Shown piece by piece: positions 1 through 12,720 of a DNA stretch of 64,000 nt. The translations under genes and the position numbers were made by a program. The stretch comes from Vicugna vicugna. Taxonomy: Eukaryota. Below the pieces are notes generated by a model. It was not told the origin of the DNA. It searched no databases and saw only the letters and a program-made list of their open reading frames with translations. The stretch's first letter is position 1. The number at the start of each line of letters is the position of its first letter. The stretch spans positions 752,870 through 816,869 of the forward strand of contig MU058103.1 of the NCBI GenBank assembly GCA_013265495.1, read 5' to 3'.

Positions 1-460
1 CCCAAACTCATTCTATGAAGCCACCATCACCCTGATACCAAAACCAGGCAAAGACACTACAAAAAAAGAGAATTATAGGCCAATATCACTGATGAACATA
101 GACGCCAAAATCCTCACCAAAATTTTAGCAAATAGAATCCAACAACACATCAAAAAGATTATACATCATGACCAAGTGGGGTTCATCCCAGGGACACAAG
201 GCTGGATCAACATACGCAAATCAATCAATGTAATACATCACATCAACAAGAGAAAGGACAAAAACCACATGATCATCTCAATCGATGCAGAAAAAGCATT
301 TGATAAAATTCAACATCCATTTATGATAAAAACTCTCGCCAAAGTGGGTATAGAGGGAACATATCTCAACATAATAAAAGCTATATATGACAAACCTACA
401 GCCAGCATAGTACTCAACGGTGAAAAACTCAAAAGCTTCCCACTAAAATCTGGGCCAAGA
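1..460 (+). mobile_element. Young LINE-1 ORF2 fragment (Z region / N-terminal reverse transcriptase), open at window start and ending abruptly
   Basis: Stop-free frame from nt 2: [64 protein letters not shown], which is canonical L1 ORF2p. Homology is lost where TRQGCPLSP should follow. Confidence 0.97.
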
Positions 461-494
461 GATGACAACAGATGTTGATGAAAATGTGAGTCTT

Positions 495-519
495 GTGTTT
501 GCTTCAGCAGTACGTATAC
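495..519 (+). pseudogene. RNU6: 3'-truncated (tailless) U6 snRNA retrocopy
   Basis: gtgtttgcttcagcagtacgtatac matches U6 nt 1-25 (GTGCTCGCTTCGGCAGCACATATAC) at 20/25. It is flanked by the perfect direct repeat gaaaatgtgagtctt (480-494, 520-534). Confidence 0.85.
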
Positions 520-539
520 GAAAATGTGAGTCTTCCAAG

Positions 540-705
540 GCCTCGAAAGTGTGGACAGAATTTTAAGGCAGAAGAAATAACTCATGTAAAGGCATAGTAT
601 AGAGTTCAGAGTCTGCGGTAATCCACAAGTAATTTTGTAGGTCAAAGGTATACTGTTTGTGCACTGGGAAGGGAGGAAATGGAAAGGGCTGGAAGAGGCA
701 GTCAG
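540..705 (-). mobile_element. L2 relic
   Basis: Purine-rich aggcagaagaaataactcatgtaaaggc..gggctggaagaggcag, resembling the L2 antisense strand. Confidence 0.5.
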
Positions 706-769
706 AATAATTAACTTTTACTTAACACCTAGTATAAGCAGATCAATATTTCAAGCATATTGCTTATTG

Positions 770-935
770 GTTTTTCTAATTGTTATTAGTTTTCAGAACA
801 GCTCTATGATTTAGGAATTATGATTATCCCCATTTTACCGGTCCTGAAATGGAAGCACCAAAAGATGGAATAACTTGTCCAAGGTCACATTAGACTAAGC
901 TAGAATTCTAACCCAGAAAGGTTGGCCCCACATGC
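770..935 (-). mobile_element. MIR SINE
   Basis: Antisense core: attatccccattttac..taacttgtccaaggtcac..gctagaattctaaccc. Confidence 0.8.
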
Positions 936-1380
936 CACTCTATACTCTCTTGATACTTATACTTTCATTTTCACTCTTGATGGTGATATGATGCCATTGG
1001 AAATAATAACTCATATTTGATGCAAATTGATGATAAAATATAAATTATTTAGTCACATGAGATCCATGGATGGACAAGTTCTCAGAGGTTGGTTTATGAA
1101 CAGAAATGTCATTAAGAAAGAATGATAAATTCAGCACATCTTAAAGCTTAGTGTCCATCTGCAGGATCATAAGGTTGTACTCTGTAAAATTTGTAGATGA
1201 TCAGTTTCATTAATACAACCATTGGAGGATGAATGTTGAAGAGTGATTTTTATTTAAAATTATAATGACCAATACATATTAGATAGACTGAATTTCAAAT
1301 CAAGGTCATACACACACACACACACACATACATATGTATAAAATTCTTGAAGGGATTTTGTTTTTGTTCATTTGTTTTTG

Positions 1381-1983
1381 TTTCTTTTTTTCATTTTGAG
1401 TGTTTTATTTAGATGTAATTAACACACCATAAAATCCATCCTTTTTAATTCACACAATTTGAGAGTGGTTAGTATATTCACGAAGCTGTACAACCATTAC
1501 CATAATCTAAGTATAGAATTTTTTCATCACACCAATTAGAAAGCCTATATTTATTAGCATTTATTCCCCATTTCCCCTGCCCCATCCATGGCAACCATTA
1601 ATCTACATTTCTGTCTATATGTTTTTCTATTCTGGACATTTCATGAAATGTAATATGTGGTCTTTGGACTGACTTCTTTCATTTAGTACAATATTTCTGA
1701 GGTTTATACATGTTACAGCATTCCTCAGTACTTCACTGCTTTTTATTATAGAGTAATATTTCATTGTATAAAGGTGCCACATTTTGTTTATCCACCCATT
1801 GGCTGATGAACATTTTGGTTATTTCCACTTCCTGGCCATTATGAATAATGCTACTATGAATATTCACATACAAACTTTTATACAGTTATGTGTTCATTTA
1901 TTTTGGATGTAGAATTAGAATGGAATTGCTGTGGGCACTCTGTGTTTAATAGTTTGAGAAACTGCTGAACTGTTGTCCAAAGT
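1381..1983 (-). mobile_element. Old L1 (L1MB-like) 3' end, apparently splitting a MIR
   Basis: T-rich tail, then typical antisense 3'UTR (ggcaaccattaatctac, tctggacatttcat, ggttatttccactt..gaatggaattgctg). MIR tail resumes at about 1985. Confidence 0.85.
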
Positions 1984-2899
1984 AAATTTTGTGATGACTA
2001 AATAAATTAACTTAGTAAAATTCCTGAAACATTGTAGGCTCTTGATAAAGGCTAATTGCCTTTTCTTGTAACCCTACAGTATACTTTTACTAATAAATAG
2101 CTTTATGTGTCTAAGGATTAAAATGCTAATGCCTGGTAAGTTTTTGTGAGGGATGTACTTTTCCTTTTTTGATGCACATCAAAAAATATTCCTTCCATTG
2201 CAGTCATTTGGTTTAAAACCCAGTAACTTTGACCTTACAAAGTCAATATTGTTGTTTGTATTCTTTGAGTTTGGCAGAAAACAAGGTCTCAAGCACTGAA
2301 GCAAATCTTTTTTCTGTCTCCCTTGATCTATTTTTCCTGCCTTGAAGAAATGTTTCATATGTTTGACTCCTCTATATATTTCTCAGTTCACAGTTGTTAA
2401 CAGATTTGCATGTAGACATTCACATTTTCATTTGTAAGAGTTGTACAGAACATGTCCTTTGCATCAGTGTGCAACATAAAATACAGACTTCCATAAAGAA
2501 TAAAATGCATTTCTTCTCTCAAATTATATGAGCCCTGAACATCAATTCAATAGTGACACTCCACTGGGAAAAATATTTCCAAGTGTTGAGAAACCATGTG
2601 GGGAACTGAAGAACTGAAATTTTCCCTCTAAGAAGAGCAGTGAATTAAGGCATTCAGGAAAGGGCAAAGGCAGCACAGAATGAGCTACAGTTAGAAAGAG
2701 AACAAGAAGTTGGTGATGCTGGCCAAGCCAAGAGAAGGGATGACCAACAGAGGCACGTTCTGCAGAGTGGCTAAGCAGTGGGCAGCTTGATAAACATTGT
2801 TACATTTACCATTCCATTCAAACTGGCACGGTGAAAATAGAGGAGAATCATCACATTGCTGGAGATGGAAGCTTGCAGTATCCCGGGTAGAGGAGGATA

Positions 2900-3110
2900 A
2901 CTTGGCAGATGTGTCCCGGTTCCCATTCATATCTGCCATATGTCCATGGGCATCTTGTCTAATCTTTCTGAATTTTTCTAACTATAAAATGGCTAAGATA
3001 ATCCTTACTTTATGGTGCTATTTTAAATGTTACTGTGATGATAACATATAATACATGTAGCAATAATTCTTTTATGACATAAAAGGTTCTCCGTAGATGG
3101 TAGGCATTAT
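2900..3110 (+). mobile_element. MIR SINE (diverged)
   Basis: ctataaaatggctaagataatccttactttatgg core-like segment. Confidence 0.55.
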
Positions 3111-3634
3111 TCTTATGAGGGTCAGCGTTTTCCATCTATATTCAAGATGGTGAGAAAGAGAAAGACAAAAAGAGAGAGAGAGACAGATTCAACTGTGCAG
3201 TTAACTTTCACTTCTTAAGTCTTACTCAAAATCTGACTGTTTTTGTTTGGTTTGGTTTGGTTTGCTTCTGAAGATACCATAGTCACATGGGATAGTAACA
3301 TTTCCTTTTGATATTTTACATGATCCCCAACCCCTAAAAAACAGTCTACTTCTGCTTTCTGTCCTCATATTCTTTGAAAAGAAGAACTTGCTTCTTTCTG
3401 ATTAATGTCTTTCTGATTCTGTGAAGCAGTAGCCAAAAGTACAGCCATGAAGCGCTCCAAAGTGACACTTCTTTTTTAAACCAAAAGGTAGTTGACCAAA
3501 GTTAGTTTAATTTCATTTCCTAAAAGAGAAATGGAATTAAGGCTATTATAAAGTTTTGCTCTTCTACAAGATTGGGTTGACTTGTGTTGATGTAAATGAC
3601 CACATTATTGGAAATACTATGTATATCTCATAAT

Positions 3635-4038
3635 CTATATTAGTTATCCCTAATAAGAGACAGACTCCCAAGTCTCAGCAGTCTCATTTCTCATGCACCT
3701 GAGACAATCAGCAGAAGGTGGGAATAGAGGAGGGTTACTGTGCTAATGATAGCTGATAGAGATTCTGCTCCTTCAACATTTGGCTTCCAAGATCACTCTG
3801 GATTTTGACAGCCAGCTGGCATAAAGAAAAGAGGGACATCACTAGGAGGTTTTTTATGGACTATGCTAGAGGTGTTGTACATCTCTTCCATCCATATTAC
3901 TTGGTCAGAACCCAGACACCCTGTTCTACCTAGATCCACGGGAGTTCAGGAAATACACTCTGTGCCTGATTGACAACTACTCCACACCATGAAAGGGAAG
4001 CATAAATTTGGGGTAGTCAGTTTGCCATTGATGTCACA
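3635..4038 (-). mobile_element. MaLR solo LTR (MLT1J/K/L-like)
   Basis: tggcttccaagatcactctgg, catattacttggtcagaacccagac, ending in gtcaca; resembles an old antisense MLT1. Confidence 0.65.
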
Positions 4039-4154
4039 GTCCATGTTTTAGGTTTTAATCTGCTGAACTCCAGTGAATGAAGAGTTCTGTTTAGCTAGAG
4101 GTGAATGGCACTTCATTGCTATGCCAAAGTTTGCACTGATCTTCTTAAATATTT

Positions 4155-4390
4155 TATAGTGGCAGTGAGGAGTAAGTCCTGCCTTTGGTCTCAGAAGGTC
4201 CTAGCTCAGGTCCTTAATAGCCTAGTGTTTTGATTTTCTGAGCTCTGGTTTCCTTATCTGTGAAATTGTGAGAATGCGAAAGACCATGCCAATGTTTATA
4301 TGAGATCTGGAGCTAAAATATGTAAAATATGCAAATTAGCTTTCAGAGTGTCTAGCACAAAGAGGGTGCTTAATAGCTGTTAGCTGTTAT
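4155..4390 (+). mobile_element. MIR SINE
   Basis: tctgagctctggtttccttatctgtgaaat..gtgtctagcaca..gtgcttaatagctgttagct. Confidence 0.75.
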
Positions 4391-6249
4391 TACTGCAACT
4401 GTTATTTGCATTAATGCCAAGAAAGTAATGATTTGCAAAGACTGAATCATAAATAGCATTCTTGATATTCATAAGATAGCTCAGGCACCTTAACATCACC
4501 TTTAAATTATAGCGCACATTGATGAAAGTTTTGCCATAGGCCTGTTAAATATTGGTGGCCTTCAGAGTTCAAGCTTATCTAGATGATGGTCTTAATGTCT
4601 TTATTCAGCACTAGTTTTACCTAGATTACTTTAAAGCAACCAATGTTGGCAACCAATCAAACTGAATTATCATTGTTGCTTATGGTATCTAAGTATTACT
4701 AAATAAATTACTCAATAAATCATCTTCAGTTTCTTTGAAGAACAGAGTATCTTTGATGATGCTTATAATACCCATGGACTTGAAGAGCACCTCGTACATT
4801 CTCAGATACTTGTTTTATTATTCTTATATTTAAGATCTTTGGAAAGAAGACTTCTCTAGAGGATTATTTTGTTTATTTGACATATTCAGTCATTGCTTAA
4901 TGTTTGAAAGTAAGAAATCAAGTGAAAAGTGTACTGTGACTATGTCCTCAAACTGTATCTCCCAGTAGTAGAAATAACTTCTGGAATGTGTAATGATAAT
5001 TTTAACCTTTATACTTATTTCCTAAGGAGTGACGTTAGTAATTAATCCCTCATTATGGGAAGCATGCAAGCCTATCTGGATTTCTCCAAGCTCTATTTCA
5101 ACTCCAACCTCAGGAAAATAATTTAACATCTTCTAGTGTAACAAACCCTGTCTATAAAACGAAGTGATCATATCCACCACAGGAGAGTGAAACCATTCAG
5201 AATACCACAAGGACAAATTGGATGCTCCATATATGTTAGTTCTGTTTGAATCTAAGTCTGAAAATTCTACGATTCTGTGATAGTATTAGAATTTCCATTT
5301 TAGAAAGTTTTGCATTTTGGTTATGGAAAGCAGTTACCCTCTATAAAAGTCACTAAATCTGGAATTCAAATAAAACACCTTCTAAAGGAGACCATAAATG
5401 CCTTGTTTGCTTGATACTATTTACACATGTTTTCCAACACAATTTACTGGGGAATGAGGTGAGATAAGCGGAGATGTTTGTTATTAAACTCTGTTCCTTG
5501 CATTTTAGCTACATCAGTGAAAGCAGGATTCTGGATTCTAAGTGCTGGAAAATAAATTATTGAAGTGTGAAAGCGGAACTGTGTATTGAAAATCGCAAAA
5601 CACGCAGTGGATGGCTGGTCTGCCTTAACAAAGAAGCTGGTTTTGATAGAACTTTAGTGGTTAAAACTTAAAGGTATCTCTACCTCCTATGAGAAGCAAA
5701 TTCTCTAACTCTTCTTTCCAGCGTCTTGCCCCTGGAAAAAAATCCCATAGCTAATATGTCGTAAATGTTAATGAATTCAGTAGGGTTTCTTGCACTGTCT
5801 CCTGAATTTTAATTGCTATATAGTTTAAAGTGCTGACTATATTTCCTAAACCTTAAACTGGACACATTGCCTGACACATGGGCTCACCCTAGGCTATAAA
5901 CTGTGCCAGGAGAAATAGACTGAATCACAGACTAAAACCATAGGCTGTTACAACCACTGAATGGCACTATGTCATCAGCTGAGTCCCTTCATTCCTTGGG
6001 CAACATGCTCATCTAGGAAATCAGGAAACTAGACATGAAATATGCTATTTACATAAGATTTTTAAAATTCCACTTGTGGATATGCAAGACATTCTGAGAC
6101 ACATCAGTTATTAGAGAAATACTGGAATTTCTGGAATATAATATGTATAATTAGAGTGGTACTGGATCACTGAGCTATTTCTGAGTAGCCTGTTCTAGAA
6201 CTTAAGTTGAGGGAAAGGAAAAGAAGAGGAGAGGGTGAAACTAAAAATG

Positions 6250-6445
6250 ATTAAACACTTTGTAGGTGTCAGCTGTTGAGAAAAAAACCTATATTTATAG
6301 TAACAGATTTAATCTCTTTAATAATTTTGTTATGAATGCTTTAGTTTTATGGATGAGGAAACAGAAGCTCCAAGAAATTAAATAACTTATAGGGTTACAC
6401 AAATTCTAAATGGCAGAATCAGAATTCAAGTCAGGTCATGGCCCT
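6250..6445 (-). mobile_element. MIR SINE
   Basis: ttttatggatgaggaaacagaagctc..aaataactt..aaatggcagaatcagaattcaa. Confidence 0.75.
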
Positions 6446-6476
6446 TTGGTAAAACCGCGTTAAATTCCTACTACTG

Positions 6477-6478
<2 letters not shown>

Positions 6479-6522
<44 letters not shown>
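6479..6522. repeat. (GT)22 microsatellite
   Basis: Perfect dinucleotide run read directly. Confidence 0.97.
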
Positions 6523-6525
<3 letters not shown>

Positions 6526-7335
6526 GAAACAGTTCAAACAAATATATCATTCTAACACCAACCAGTTCTTCCATTCTCCAACATTAATTGATTGTCCTGC
6601 AATTCAGTTTAATTCCTACAGTAACTACCCAGCATTAGTGTGTACACCACCAGTTAAGGGCTCAGTCCCACAAGACTGTCTCAACTTCAGATGTCAGCAG
6701 AAAATGGGGTCGCTAAGCTACCCACACTCTACCTGGCTGACTTTAAATTCAGGGCTTCCCACAATCCCCCTTCGGTTGGAAAATTTGCTACAATGACTAA
6801 CAGAACTCAGGAAAGTGCTATTTTAACTATTACTTTTTTTAAAGGATATGAATCAGAGTCGCCAAATGGAAGAGATGCATAGGACATGATGTGGAGGGCT
6901 TGGCAGGGGTGCGTTATTGTGCACAGGTCTTCCAAGCCCTCTCTGGACACACTACTCAGCATATCTCTATGTTCAGCAGCCTGTTAGCCCCCTCAAATGT
7001 CATTGTTTCAGAGTTTTTATCAGAGTTCCATTACACAGACATGGTAGATTAAATCATCACCTGCTGGTGATTCATCTTCAGCCCTTCCCTCCTCCCCATA
7101 GGTGGAGGGTCTAACCCTGTAATCATTTGGTTGGTTCCTCTGTAACTATCCCCCATTTTGAAGTTTTCTTGGGCCCACTAGGAGTCACCTCAGTAGCATA
7201 AACTCAGATATGTTCAGAAGAGGCCTGTTATGAATAGTAAAAGGCATTCGTCATTCAGGAAATTCCAAGGATTTTAGGAACTCTGTGCAGGGAACCAGGG
7301 ACAAAGACTCAATAAAATTTTTTTGTTCTACTACA
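6523..7335 (-). mobile_element. MER21-like ERV solo LTR
   Basis: Diagnostic segments gttaagggctcagtcccacaagactg, cagaactcaggaaag and aggaaattccaaggattttaggaactctgtgcagggaaccagggacaaagac; ends in ..ctaca. Confidence 0.8.
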
Positions 7336-7904
7336 AACACCCATTCTTTTAGCATGGATCATGCTTTTTCACTCATAAGCTTAAATTTTTCAAGCAGGGC
7401 CTCTTGGTTTAGAGAAAAGAAATTATGCAACAAACTAAGTTAAGATGCTCCAAGGTTGAAATGTATCAATCCACATGACCCAGTTCTTGGAACAGCAAAT
7501 ACATTTCTTCTTGACAAGTACCTGTTGGAGACCCACTTTAGGGTCATTTCGCTACTTGAGAGAGTATGTATCCAATGGCCACCTTTTTAAAAAACTGATG
7601 CACTATAGTTCCATGGTATTTAACACTGAATGTAAACATGAAAATCTAAATTATCAGCTGAAAATATGAGACCTAAGCAGGAGATTAGTTGTAATAAATG
7701 ACTTGTTGAACGCCGTAAAGGAAATAAAACTCTACCACCACCCCATCTCTATAAGGTACCCATCAGAAAGGAGAAAATTTCTCTGTATGTTTGGAATATA
7801 CCCAGAACATTCTGAGCTTAGGTCCTGCAGTTACCACTTTAAACATCTATAGAAAACTTACAAGAATTATAATTATCATATTTTTATACATAATACCTTT
7901 GTTC

Positions 7905-8027
7905 TACTGCTAGGCAGAAAGTCCACAAGTGTGAGAACTGAGTTATGTCCACCACTGTATTCCCAGTAATTAGCAGAGCCTCTGATATATAATAAGAATG
8001 TAGTAAAGACTTGTTGAACGAATGAAT
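7905..8027 (+). mobile_element. L2 3' end
   Basis: caccactgtattcccag..agtaaagacttgttgaacgaatgaat tail. Confidence 0.7.
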
Positions 8028-8029
8028 CA

Positions 8030-8235
8030 GAGAGACCTTAGTCTTGAATCTTGTCCTCAATATTTACTGTGATTTTAATAAATGAATCTCTCCAAGCCTC
8101 ACTTTCCTAAACATGTATAATGATAGTACTAACTTTTTTATTTATTGGGAGATTTTAGTGAGACAATGCCTGGAGAGAACTTATCAAGGAGCATGGCAAA
8201 TAGTATATATTCAGTAAAGGTTAGCTATTATTATT
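8030..8235 (+). mobile_element. MIR SINE
   Basis: ctctccaagcctcactttcct..ttcagtaaaggttagctattattatt. Confidence 0.7.
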
Positions 8236-8679
8236 ATGTTTACCAAAGTTTAAAGAACACAGAGGGAGTAACATGAATAAAGTTTATGATATTAGGATCT
8301 ATGGCCCACATTTCCAGAAGCCATTTGAGATGTTATTTCATGAAAGCTTCTAGATTAAAATGACTCTATTCTGATAATTATCTTGTACTTAGTAGATATT
8401 CAGGCTAATTGAATGGATGTATGAATGTATAAATAGGAAGGTAGTATTAAATTTCAACAAGCAGGTGGCTGAGTATATAATACATGGTAAATATAATGAA
8501 CAAAATACAATCCCTGCACTAAAGCTATTTCAGTATGTGGAGAAAATATCTAAACAGATCATTGCAGTACAGTATGATAAAGGTCTAAAAAAATCAATAA
8601 TCACACATATACATACACACAGCCACAGAATGAATTGCCAGCAGTGTATTTAACATGGCAGTTAATAGTTCAAAAAGCT

Positions 8680-8800
8680 TTCTCACATCCCTCCTCTTTT
8701 ATCACTTGAGATGAACATGTCACATCTTTTTGTACCCATTTCTCAGATGTAGAAATTGAGGCTAATAGAATCTCAGTGATTTGCCCAAGATTTTACAGGC
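8680..8800 (-). mobile_element. MIR SINE fragment
   Basis: cccatttctcagatgtagaaattgaggct..gtgatttgcccaag. Confidence 0.7.
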
Positions 8801-10299
8801 CCAAAATGATGTGCATACATTTTGAGATCTCATCTGGTACACAGTATTCACCTTCATTTCAATCCTTTTGTAGTTAATAGTAGTAGTTTTTTCCTCCTAG
8901 ATATTTAGAACTCTAATTCCATTCTACAGATATAGTTCTCATTCTATTAGTCTTTCTTTGTTAATCCAGTTCATGTCTTTGTGAATTTACAGTTTAACAA
9001 ATCCTTTTAGGTACTCTTATAAAGTGATAAATAGGCTAGGAGAAATTTAAATGGAATTTGCAGTGAGGAGTTTGATTCTGAGAATAATCACGCAAGGTGA
9101 GTATCATCTGTTGTAGAATGAGGACTTAATATCAGTAAAATGGGACTAATGGTACTTAGAGAGCCCCAGAAGGTTAAAAATGATAGAACGTATGTAAAGC
9201 CCGGAAGAGAGTGTCCAGCACATGCAGGGTGTGCTGTGTGGGGTGGTTCTTTTCCCCTTTTCCTGTCAGGCTTCTCTACACTTGACAATCACCCCCTGTC
9301 TGCTTTACAACTCCACATGAGACTTAAACGTCCAAGAAAATGGCTTTAGAGCTCCAAACATAACATTGTCTGGAAATAGCATTGCAGAAAACACACACAC
9401 AGCAGGACTGAAGACACATTGCATTTTACTTATAGAGGAAAGCTAATGGCTTCCATTATGTCTCTATCAGCCCCTCCCTCTCACTCCAAAACCTCAGCCC
9501 TGGCTGTATTACCAGGTGGGGAGTGCACAATTCCAGAGATTTTTGGAACTGTTACAAATTAGAATCCACGAGGGAAAGGCTCACTCGAGGACATCACAGG
9601 CGAGGTTATCACTTTTTCCTTTTGAAGTTGGGCCTCATATCTTTTTCTCATTACAATCATTACTTTGAAATGTGATTTTTTTAAACAGTAATTTTCTAGA
9701 ACAAAAGGGATAATACCATATTTCACAAGCTTTACTGTGAAATTAAACCTTTGAACTACTGTGAAAGAAATTATTCCCTCAAGGCTGCAAGGCTTAAAGG
9801 TTATTAAAAATTTAATTTTAAAGAAGGCATCCAGGAAAAAAAAGTGTATAAATGCTACTTAGAACTCAGATTGCCCAACTTAATAACTCCCATTGCTCCT
9901 TATTTTTAAATAATCTGGAAATGTGAACAAACGCACTCCATTTTTTTCAGTGGCAAATCAGTATGTCAACAGACGGCTGGCACTGCTCATTAACATCATC
10001 TGTTTTCAACTGGAAGCACACATACGGCAGTGGTTCAGCTGGTATCTTCTGCCTGCCCTGTTTAAGAGAGAGAATTGCACAAAGAAGAAGTATCATACAC
10101 AGGATACACAGAACCCCCCCCCAAAAAAATCCCCCAAACTCCAGCTATTATTGTAATAAAGAACAAGTATCTAAACCACAGTATAAATGGTCATAACTTA
10201 AAGGACCAGTGTGATTGAAAGAGTTTCAGTTTTCTCATCTATAAAATTAAAAGAATTTTCATCTTCCTGTGATACAGAGATGCTGTTAACATCTCTGTT

Positions 10300-10490
10300 A
10301 AACAGACAATGTAGCGTTAGGTTGCTTACCTTCTTTGTGCCCCAGTTTTCTCATCTGTAGAATGAGGATAATAATAGCACTGTCTTACCTGCCTCACACT
10401 GTTGTCATGGGGACTGTCCATCCATGCATACACAGTGCTGGTGACAGTGTCTGCACATAGTAAGTGCCATGTGTTGTTATTGTCATTATT
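10300..10490 (+). mobile_element. MIR SINE
   Basis: cagttttctcatctgtagaatgaggataataatagcac..gtgtctgcacatagtaagtgc. Confidence 0.85.
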
Positions 10491-10529
10491 AGTTTTAATC
10501 CTATCGTATCCAAGTAATGTGATACATTC

Positions 10530-10820
10530 TAAGCAGATGAGGGTGAATGGATGAGCCCATGCCCTTAAGGAGCTTGCAAGCAAGTAGGAGAGACAGACAA
10601 AAAAGCAACAGTGGTTTAAAAAAAAAAGTGCAGCGCAATAGGATGAGAAATCAGAGCTCTGTTCAAGGTGTGTGGGTCGGTTCTGCCTGGGTGGTGACAG
10701 GGTGAGAGGGAGCCGTGGTCGGGAAGGTTTCCCTGAGGAGGTACCTCAGGGACACATTCTAAACATAAAGAAGTAAAAGCCTGTGGAGTATTACTAAGAC
10801 CTGTTTCAGAGGGACACTGC
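10530..10820 (-). mobile_element. L2 relic
   Basis: gcccttaaggagcttgca..gggaaggtttccctgaggaggt..tttcagagggacactgcaaa. Confidence 0.65.
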
Positions 10821-10835
10821 AAAAACAAACAAAAC

Positions 10836-10995
10836 CATGGTTCTCAGTCCTGATGACAGTTCAGAATCATCCAGGAAGCTACTTAAGAATAGCATCCCTG
10901 ACCCACTGAATCAGAATCTGCTGGTCTGGGGTCTAGGTGTTGGCACGTAACCTGTATACAGGATTCTGAGTCGCAGTCAGGATGGAGAGTTGCTC
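10836..10995. mobile_element. MER5-type hAT-Charlie MITE
   Basis: ggttctca..cagaatcatccaggaagct..actgaatcagaatctgctgg..gattctga. Confidence 0.75.
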
Positions 10996-11409
10996 AGATA
11001 ATGCACACTGAAAGCACATTGTAAACAGGGAATCTCAGTACACAAACTAGATATTACTGCTTAAAATTTAAATACTTAACACAATGATCACAAAGCCCCT
11101 TATATGTTTTTCTTCTCCTTCATTTTGTTTTCCCAAGGAGTTGGACTTATAATAAAGCTTTTGCCAAGTTAGGAAAATGACTAGACCCTGTGCTTAAAAT
11201 AGAGACTCTCTCTCTGTTCTTTGGTGTTTTAAGAAAGAACCTATGTTAGCACAAAGGTCTTCATAGACCTAATTAAGATCTAGTTTACTCAGAAAGAACT
11301 AGATTCATCTCTTCTTGACAACAACATTTGCATGCTGTAGTCTTGTCTCCAGAGTTGCTCATCCAGGAACACAGTAACCTTGAACCTACTAGAACTACAA
11401 GCTCTTCCC

Positions 11410-11520
11410 ACTGGGTTGTGTGCTCCTTAAGGTCAGTGATAGTATGTCTTCCATTCACTGTTGTTTCTATAGCACATCACACAGTCCTTGTCTTGGAGTA
11501 GGTGCTGACAACTATTAATT
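11410..11520 (+). mobile_element. L2 3' end
   Basis: gctccttaaggtcag..attcactgttgtttctatagcac..gagtaggtgct. Confidence 0.6.
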
Positions 11521-12399
11521 TAGAAAATGCTGCTTTGTTAAGTGTTTCTTTCCTCTGGACCTCACCTGAATGCTACTTGGTTCTTGATGCCCTCAGTCTT
11601 TGGGGAAAGAGTTGCTTTTCAATATTCTGTGCTGTTGGCGTATTTAAAAAAAAAAGTTTATGAGAACAAGTGACGTTCCTGGTATGACTAGAAATAATTA
11701 TTTTTATAGTAAAGTAGATAAAGAATTCAATTGTGTTGGGTGCTTCTAGACCAGGCAGGGGGTAGGGTCCATATTTACGTACCTGGGCTAATACGTTGAA
11801 CTTCTACCACCTACATTAAGCTATTAAGACATCCTGTTTCTCTTTAAAAGTTCTAGGTGCTGCCCTTTCTTTCTCTTCTTGTCTAGACTTCAGCAAAGCA
11901 AACCATTTGTTATATATATAGTTTAAGAAAAACTGCAAAGACTATGTAGTATGTGTAGCATGCAGTTCCTTATTAGTGTGACTGTTGCTCTCCTAAATGT
12001 CTAGTATGTCACTTAAAATGAATTTTCTCATTAACCTCAAGCATGCCAACTTGTCAAATGGTGATGAACCAAACAAGACTGCACCCAGAAATCGAGCTGC
12101 CATCATTGCATTTATATGGCTTTGCCAATTAGTCTATAAATAACACATTTTTAGCACACTTCAGAGTTTTGAAAAACTAAACCACTTCTGAATGTTCTTA
12201 AATCCAAGAATAGCAAAAAAGCCTACCCAAAGAAAGTGCAAGAAAATGATTTGTTCTTTTTAGGGGAGATGAACATTATTTAGAGGAACCAGGGGCCAGA
12301 TGATCATATAGACATTCAACAATTATTTATTGGTCGTCTGATCTGTGTATAAGACTTCCTTGGGTGTAGAAGGTGTGACTTACTAAACAAACCACTAGG

Positions 12400-12720
12400 A
12401 TATTTTCTTTCAGTCGAAAAGTATTATTTAGCAAATATTTTTTACACCTATATGCATTATTCAGTATAGCAGGCATGGAGTCCAGAGATGAATCAGACAA
12501 ATTACTCTGTTTATGGAATTCATACTTGATAGAGAAGTCAGATAAGTAAATATTTAGAAAAGGAATTGGAGAGGCACCCTGGTGTTGTGCATGCATATAC
12601 AGAGGCAGAATGGTAACAGTTTAGAATAGAAAGAGAGTTAGGTACCACAAGAGAAAGGCCTGGTAAACTAGGCTATTGTTGGATCTAATTGTGAAGTTCA
12701 GGGCATGTCTAAAGAATGAA
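12400..12720 (-). mobile_element. L2 relic
   Basis: tttagcaaatattttttacacctat..agagatgaatcagaca..tttatggaattcatac. Confidence 0.6.

Noticed and set aside
92..478. 128-aa ORF as a host gene
   Set aside because: It is an internal L1 ORF2 segment; the C-terminal PRDDNRC is read-through into flanking DNA.
6479..7114. ORFs starting MCVCVCV.. and their neighbours
   Set aside because: Produced by the GT microsatellite and antisense LTR sequence.
7700..8020. 13-bp repeat gacttgttgaacg at 7700 and 8008
   Set aside because: Both copies resemble the common L2 3' tail motif, so independent relics or chance explain them.
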